Assembly (NCBI GenBank): GCA_013140765.1
Contig: JABFSE010000016.1
Location: 320-64,319, forward strand
From: Sulfuriferula sp.
Lineage (GTDB): Bacteria > Pseudomonadota > Gammaproteobacteria > Burkholderiales > Sulfuriferulaceae
Length of the DNA: 64,000 nt
Direction of reading: 5' to 3'
The notes under the pieces are model-generated. The model was not told the origin of the DNA, searched no databases, and saw only the letters and a program-made list of their open reading frames with translations. Positions 58,747 to 64,000 of the stretch are shown piece after piece (position 1 is the stretch's first letter; the number at the start of each line of letters is the position of its first letter). The position numbers and the translations under genes are program-made.

Positions 58747-59865
58747 ATGAATTCGGCATTACAATCCGCGCAACGCATCGTCATCAAAGTTGGCAGCGCT
58801 ATCGTCACTAACGATGGGCGCGGCTTGGATCATACCGCGCTGGCTAATTGGTCACAGCAAATCGCACAACTCATGGCGATGGGCAAAGAAGTCGTCTTAG
58901 TATCCAGCGGTGCGGTCGCCGAGGGGATGCAGCGACTAGGCTGGGAAACACGCCCGAGCACCATACATGAGCTACAAGCCGCCGCCGCTGTTGGGCAAAT
59001 GGGCTTAGTACACGCCTACGAAACCAGCTTTCGCGCCCACCAAATCGGCACGGCACAGGTGCTGCTCACCCACGAAGATTTAGCCGATCGTACTCGTTAT
59101 CTCAACGCATTATCAACACTGCGCACCTTGTTATCATTAAAAATAGTACCCATCATCAATGAAAACGATACCGTCGTCACTGATGAAATCCGCTTTGGTG
59201 ATAACGATACGCTAGGCGCACTGGTCACCAATTTAATTGAAGCCGATGTATTAGTGATTTTAACCGATCAAGCAGGCTTATACACCGCCGACCCGCGCAC
59301 GGATAAAAACGCCACATTGGTCAGCGAAGCACAGGCAGGCGATATTAGTTTAGAAAAAATGGCAGGTGGCGCAGGCACTGGCATTAGTCGAGGCGGCATG
59401 TTGACTAAAATCCTCGCCGCCAAACGCGCCGCTCGCAGTGGGGCGCACACCATTATCGCATCGGGGCGCGAAGCTAACGTATTGCTCAGATTAGCGCAGG
59501 GCGAACGCATAGGCACACAGCTCATCGCAACCAGCACCCCGCTATCAGCGCGTAAAACATGGCTCGCCGACCATTTACAAGTACGCGGCAAGCTCATCAT
59601 CGACGCAGGCGCAACGCTCGCCATACAGATGGGCGGCAAGAGCCTATTACCCATAGGCGTGACTGCGGTAGAAGGCGAGTTTTTGCGCGGCGAAGTCGTT
59701 GCCTGCGTCACTACCGACGGCACTATTATTGCACGCGGTTTAGTCAACTACGCCGCCAACGAAGTACGTAAAATCATAGGATTAGCCACACACCAAATTG
59801 AAGCCAGCCTAGGTTACATAGACGATGCAGAGCTGATACACAGAGACAACCTAGTTACATTATAA
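58747..59865 (+). CDS. proB: Glutamate 5-kinase
   Basis: [33 protein letters not shown] domain. Confidence 0.98.
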   Translation: MNSALQSAQRIVIKVGSAIVTNDGRGLDHTALANWSQQIAQLMAMGKEVVLVSSGAVAEGMQRLGWETRPSTIHELQAAAAVGQMGLVHAYETSFRAHQIGTAQVLLTHEDLADRTRYLNALSTLRTLLSLKIVPIINENDTVVTDEIRFGDNDTLGALVTNLIEADVLVILTDQAGLYTADPRTDKNATLVSEAQAGDISLEKMAGGAGTGISRGGMLTKILAAKRAARSGAHTIIASGREANVLLRLAQGERIGTQLIATSTPLSARKTWLADHLQVRGKLIIDAGATLAIQMGGKSLLPIGVTAVEGEFLRGEVVACVTTDGTIIARGLVNYAANEVRKIIGLATHQIEASLGYIDDAELIHRDNLVTL

Positions 59866-59913
59866 GCTAGGACACTGTGCGCTACTTTTGTGAGTGCTGC
59901 TCGTGGGCAATAA

Positions 59914-60525
59914 TCACTTGCTCGCAATTTCCGCATTTGGCATATAAGTCCAATGTTTTTTCCAAGCCGCCAGCACCATATTAGGATACTCAGGTTTTCC
60001 CAAACTGCCGTTATATCGCCCTAAAGCACGATATAAATCGCCATGTTCGATATTCACATACAGCCGTAATATATTACAGCCATAACGCAAATTGGTGCGC
60101 AAATGGAATAAATCGTCGTCGGATGTGCCTATGGTTTTAGTCCAAAACGGCATCACCTGCATGTAGCCACGCGCCGCCACGCTAGATACAGCATATTTCT
60201 TAAACCCTGATTCCACTTCTATCAAACCTAGCACTAATTCTGGGTCTAATCCTGCTCGCGTGGCTTCATAGTAAGCCGTTTTCAAAAAATCCATGCGCTG
60301 ACCATCATCAGGAAAACGCTTTACCAACCGCTTAGACATTTCCGCCAACCAAGCACGTCCTGCACTATCCGTCAAAACAACCGAATTAGACACAGGCGTA
60401 TCAGACACCGCCTTGCTTAATGCCGCACGCACACTCGCCGACATCTCCTCATAAAGCTGACCGCCTGCCTGCGCAGGCAGTGACAACGCCATAAGCAAAG
60501 CGAATGTAGGGGCAAACATTTTCAT
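59914..60525 (-). CDS. Lytic transglycosylase (SLT domain)
   Basis: [27 protein letters not shown]. Confidence 0.92.
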   Translation of the reverse strand: MKMFAPTFALLMALSLPAQAGGQLYEEMSASVRAALSKAVSDTPVSNSVVLTDSAGRAWLAEMSKRLVKRFPDDGQRMDFLKTAYYEATRAGLDPELVLGLIEVESGFKKYAVSSVAARGYMQVMPFWTKTIGTSDDDLFHLRTNLRYGCNILRLYVNIEHGDLYRALGRYNGSLGKPEYPNMVLAAWKKHWTYMPNAEIASK

Positions 60526-62225
60526 TTTGCGAATAAATCCTTAACAAAATCATAGCTAGTAGCCAATGATACCGCAGTTGCCGCCGCATCACGACGACCT
60601 TGATATTCCAGCATACCCTCTTTTAAGCCACGCTCACCAATCACTATGCGGTGCGGAATACCTATTAACTCCATATCGGCAAACATCACCCCTGGGCGTT
60701 CATTCCTATCATCGAGCAACACATCCACCCCCGCAGCACTTAATTCGGCATAGAGCTTGTCAGCCACCTCACGCACCTGCTCGCTCTTCTGGTAACCCAC
60801 AGGCACGATAGCCAGACTAAATGGAGCAAGTGCTAATGGCAAAGTCATACCTCGCGCATCAAAATTCTGCTCGATTGCCGCCGCCACAATACGCGACACA
60901 CCTATACCATAACAGCCCATTTCTACCGTTTGCGACTTACCCTGCTCATCCAAATACTGACACGCCATCGCCGCTGAATAATTAGTACGCAATTGGAAAA
61001 TATGCCCGACTTCGATACCGCGACACATTGCCAGCACACCCTTACCGTCAGGACTGACATCACCTGCGACGGCATTACGAATATCCGCCAACTCAGGCAA
61101 AGGCAAATCACGCAAGAAATTCACACCCGTCAAATGATAACCTGCAACATTCGCCCCGCATACAAAATCTGCTATCACCGCGACGCTACGATCAGCGACG
61201 ATGCGCACATTCAACCCTACAGGACCGATAGAGCCAGACGCACAGCCTGCTACTTCACGCACACGCGCGTCACTGGCAAAACGTATCTCGTCCACGCCCA
61301 GCAGTTTCGCCGCCTTGATTTCATTAAGCTGATGGTCGCCACGCACTAAAAATGCCACCACATCATCACCCTGCTCGACCAGCAAAGTTTTGACTAAGCG
61401 CGTTGCAGGCACACCTAAAAACGCCGCGACTTCTTCTATGCTGTGCTGATTAGGTGTCGCTATTTTTTCCATGTCCGCACTGGGCGCTGGCAACACGCCA
61501 TTGGGCGCAACCGCTTCGGCCAGCTCAACGTTAGCCGCATAGTCTGAGTCTGGGCAATAAGCAATCGCATCCTCACCCGAATCTGCCAACACATGAAACT
61601 CATGCGAACCTGAGCCGCCAATCGCACCCGTATCCGCCGCCACAGCGCGGAACTCCAGCCCTAAGCGGGTAAAAATATGACTATAAGCGGCGTACATGGT
61701 TTGGTAAGTTTGTTGCAAACTAGCAAAATCAGCATGGAAAGAATACGCATCTTTCATCATAAACTCACGCGCCCGCATCACCCCGAAACGCGGGCGGATT
61801 TCATCGCGGAACTTAGTTTGCACCTGATAAAAGTTCAGCGGCAACTGGCGATAACTCTTGATTTCGCGCCGCGCAATATCGGTAATCACCTCTTCGTGCG
61901 TAGGACCGAAACAAAATTCACGCTCATGCCTGTCTTTAATTTTAAGCATCTGCGGGCCGAATTTATCCCAACGTCCTGTTTCTTGCCACAACTCCGCAGG
62001 CTGTACTGCAGGCATCAATAACTCCAACGCACCTGCGCGGTTCATTTCCTCACGCACCACCGCCTCAACCTTGCGTAACACGCGCAAACCCAGCGGCATC
62101 CAAGTATATAAACCCGATCCTAAACGCTTAATAAATCCCGCCCGCAACATCAAACGGTGGCTAACTAATTCAGCTTCTTGAGGTGCTTCTTTTAACGTCG
62201 ATAAGAAAAATTGTGAAACGCGCAT
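60522..62225 (-). CDS. proS: Proline--tRNA ligase
   Basis: [23 protein letters not shown], editing insertion, [18 protein letters not shown]. Confidence 0.99.
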   Translation of the reverse strand: MRVSQFFLSTLKEAPQEAELVSHRLMLRAGFIKRLGSGLYTWMPLGLRVLRKVEAVVREEMNRAGALELLMPAVQPAELWQETGRWDKFGPQMLKIKDRHEREFCFGPTHEEVITDIARREIKSYRQLPLNFYQVQTKFRDEIRPRFGVMRAREFMMKDAYSFHADFASLQQTYQTMYAAYSHIFTRLGLEFRAVAADTGAIGGSGSHEFHVLADSGEDAIAYCPDSDYAANVELAEAVAPNGVLPAPSADMEKIATPNQHSIEEVAAFLGVPATRLVKTLLVEQGDDVVAFLVRGDHQLNEIKAAKLLGVDEIRFASDARVREVAGCASGSIGPVGLNVRIVADRSVAVIADFVCGANVAGYHLTGVNFLRDLPLPELADIRNAVAGDVSPDGKGVLAMCRGIEVGHIFQLRTNYSAAMACQYLDEQGKSQTVEMGCYGIGVSRIVAAAIEQNFDARGMTLPLALAPFSLAIVPVGYQKSEQVREVADKLYAELSAAGVDVLLDDRNERPGVMFADMELIGIPHRIVIGERGLKEGMLEYQGRRDAAATAVSLATSYDFVKDLFAK

Positions 62226-62298
62226 GGTTAAACTGTCCAGTTATTCGTAAAATAGCTAATTTTAACCCAGAAACTGATATTTCCTCACGAAAGCTAAC

Positions 62299-63078
62299 AT
62301 GCGATTTTTTAACCGCCGTATTCACAAAGCCGTTTCTGATTTAGATACCGTGGAAATCAGCGAACAAAATGGTGTGCGTTACCTGCATTTAGGCAATGAC
62401 ACGGTGCAATCCGCCATGCGTATCAATCAGCCGCACCATTTGGAATTAGCTTATACGCAGGCCATGATGGGGTTTTTACTATTCACTGACGCGCCGCCCG
62501 CAAGCACATTACTCATCGGCTTAGGCGGTGGTTCGCTGGCAAAATTTATCCGCCATCATTTCCCGCTTACTTATATCACCGCAGTCGAAATCAACGCCAA
62601 AGTCATACAGGCTGCCCACCAATTTTTTTACCTGCCAGTAGCCGATGCGCGACTCAATATCGTACTCGCTGATGCCGCAGAATTCATCACCACCGCCCCA
62701 CAATACGATAGCATCATGCTCGATGGCTTTGATGCAGGCTTCCAAGTCACCAGCCTTGCCAGCGAAAGTTTTTACAGCGAATGCCGACGCGCACTCACGT
62801 CCACAGGCGTGCTATGTGTCAACTTATGGGCGAGCGATCCACAATTTGATGCTTATTTACAACGCCTGTCCGACGTATTTGACCAACAAGTTATCTGCCT
62901 GCCCATAGAGCAACGCGGCAACGTCATCATATTCGCTTTCGCAGATAAATTACGCTATCAACCGCTACGAAAACTACAGCAACGCGCCCTTGCACTCAAT
63001 GCCAGCCTCAACTTGCCCTACTCAGACCTTCTGGCACATATCCGTAACCAAAGCGAAAACGAGAAAATCATTCCCTAG
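62299..63078 (+). CDS. Spermidine synthase-like SAM-dependent protein
   Basis: VRYLHLG..TVQSAM, IGLGGGS, VEIN, DSIMLDGF. Confidence 0.8.
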   Translation: MRFFNRRIHKAVSDLDTVEISEQNGVRYLHLGNDTVQSAMRINQPHHLELAYTQAMMGFLLFTDAPPASTLLIGLGGGSLAKFIRHHFPLTYITAVEINAKVIQAAHQFFYLPVADARLNIVLADAAEFITTAPQYDSIMLDGFDAGFQVTSLASESFYSECRRALTSTGVLCVNLWASDPQFDAYLQRLSDVFDQQVICLPIEQRGNVIIFAFADKLRYQPLRKLQQRALALNASLNLPYSDLLAHIRNQSENEKIIP

Positions 63079-63160
63079 CTCAAATCACAAATCAGTATTC
63101 CCCCCAAAGTAGCCAGTTTCTGCTATATTCTCAGGATAATAATTTTTAATGAGGAACACT

Positions 63161-63556
63161 ATGGAAAACTTGTTTTCAGAAGATTGGGGTGCACGCTTCA
63201 GCAAAAAATGGAACAGTAGCGATGAGATAGTCACGCAATTGGCTGCGGCTGATTTTGATGCCGTTGTTGCATTTGGTTACCTTGATGCACCAAATCCTAG
63301 CGTTTTTATTCATATCCAGCAAGGTCGCATTACCGCCACAACACCTTACGCACATGCGCCTGCTACCACAGCCGACTGGGACTTGCGTGCGAAACCTGAA
63401 CAATGGCTAAAATGGCGCGGCAATGGTCCTGGCATTACTGGGCTAGGTGTCGCTGTCGCCAGCCGCCAATTGCAATTCGTCACTGGCGACTACCGCCGCA
63501 TGATACGCCAGCCATTATTAGCGGGCCCTTTCCTCAAGTTTTTTGCATTTTTATAA
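63161..63556 (+). CDS. SCP2-like lipid-binding fold protein
   Basis: LFSEDWGARF...WDLRAKPEQW...LQFVTGDY...AGPF. GAGGA RBS. Family recognised from memory only. Confidence 0.55.
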   Translation: MENLFSEDWGARFSKKWNSSDEIVTQLAAADFDAVVAFGYLDAPNPSVFIHIQQGRITATTPYAHAPATTADWDLRAKPEQWLKWRGNGPGITGLGVAVASRQLQFVTGDYRRMIRQPLLAGPFLKFFAFL

Positions 63557-63572
63557 TACGGCATCGACTCAA

Positions 63573-63627
63573 ATACGCGGAGCACAAAAAAGCCAGCATC
63601 AAGCTGGCTTTTTTGTGCTCCGCGTAT
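63573..63627. terminator. Bidirectional terminator, 25-bp perfect stem
   Basis: ATACGCGGAGCACAAAAAAGCCAGC-ATCAA-GCTGGCTTTTTTGTGCTCCGCGTAT. Confidence 0.9.
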
Positions 63628-63633
63628 AGCGAA

Positions 63634-64000
63634 TTACGATTTTTTCTTCGCGTCTATCATTTTTTCTATCATAGGGCCTAAAATCAACTCCATCGCGTAG
63701 CCCATTTTAGGACCAGGCACAACTAAGGTATTAGAGCGCGACATGAATGAATTAGGTATCATATTCAACAGATTAGGGAAATCCACACCCTTACGTTCCT
63801 TGAAGCGAATAATAATCAAGCTCTCATCAGGCGTAGGAATATCACGCGTAATAAAAGGATTAGACGTATCCACAGTAGGTACACGCTGGAAATTCACATC
63901 GGTACGTGAAAACTGTGGCGTGATGTAGTTCACATAATCAGGCATACGACGCATGATGGTGTCCACAATCACATCTGCCGCATAGCCGCGCTCTGCACCG
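63634..64000 (-). CDS. prk: Phosphoribulokinase, C-terminal part (5' end outside window)
   Basis: ERGY...RRMPDYVNYITPQFSRTDVNFQRVPTVDTSNPFI...GPKMGYAMELI. Confidence 0.95.
   Translation of the reverse strand, partial: GAERGYAADVIVDTIMRRMPDYVNYITPQFSRTDVNFQRVPTVDTSNPFITRDIPTPDESLIIIRFKERKGVDFPNLLNMIPNSFMSRSNTLVVPGPKMGYAMELILGPMIEKMIDAKKKS

Overview
A 64 kb chromosomal window from a betaproteobacterium, probably a Nitrosomonadales sulfur-oxidising chemolithoautotroph (inference from phosphoribulokinase, a sulfur-oxidiser-type lipoate ligase, an NAD-type isocitrate dehydrogenase and gene order). Most of it is housekeeping: gpmI-envC-ctpA-moeB, ppk1, folD, five tRNAs, sdhCDAB-sdhE-zapE, rluE, icd, csp-clpS-clpA, ampD, ffh, queF, ygfZ, glyA-nrdR-ribD, pilSR, ispB, rplU-rpmA-obgE-proB, proS and prk. 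The main candidate system is a ~10 kb light and photo-oxidative-stress block (19.9-29.9 kb) between icd and csp-clpSA. It encodes a CarH/LitR-type B12 photoreceptor with intact motifs, a glutathione peroxidase, a furan/cyclopropane fatty-acid modification operon, a stand-alone BLUF protein, an Fe-S cryptochrome/(6-4) photolyase and a 48-aa DUF2256 protein missed by the ORF track. Both of its divergent control regions carry the same 16-bp sequence, TTTTGTCCTAGACAAA (palindromic core), on or next to near-consensus sigma70 promoters. Other notable items: a short archaeal-type XPF/ERCC4 nuclease heading an apparent FIST / c-di-GMP operon; a dadA gene broken by a microhomology-bounded deletion; sdhE abutting zapE with no gltA-sucAB-lpd between them; a lipoate ligase lacking a canonical start for its conserved-looking N-terminus; two miniature inverted-repeat elements; a membrane-anchored Mrr-like nuclease; and a VapBC toxin-antitoxin pair. 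No CRISPR array, rRNA, integrase or transposase was seen. Family assignments come from motif recognition, not database searches.
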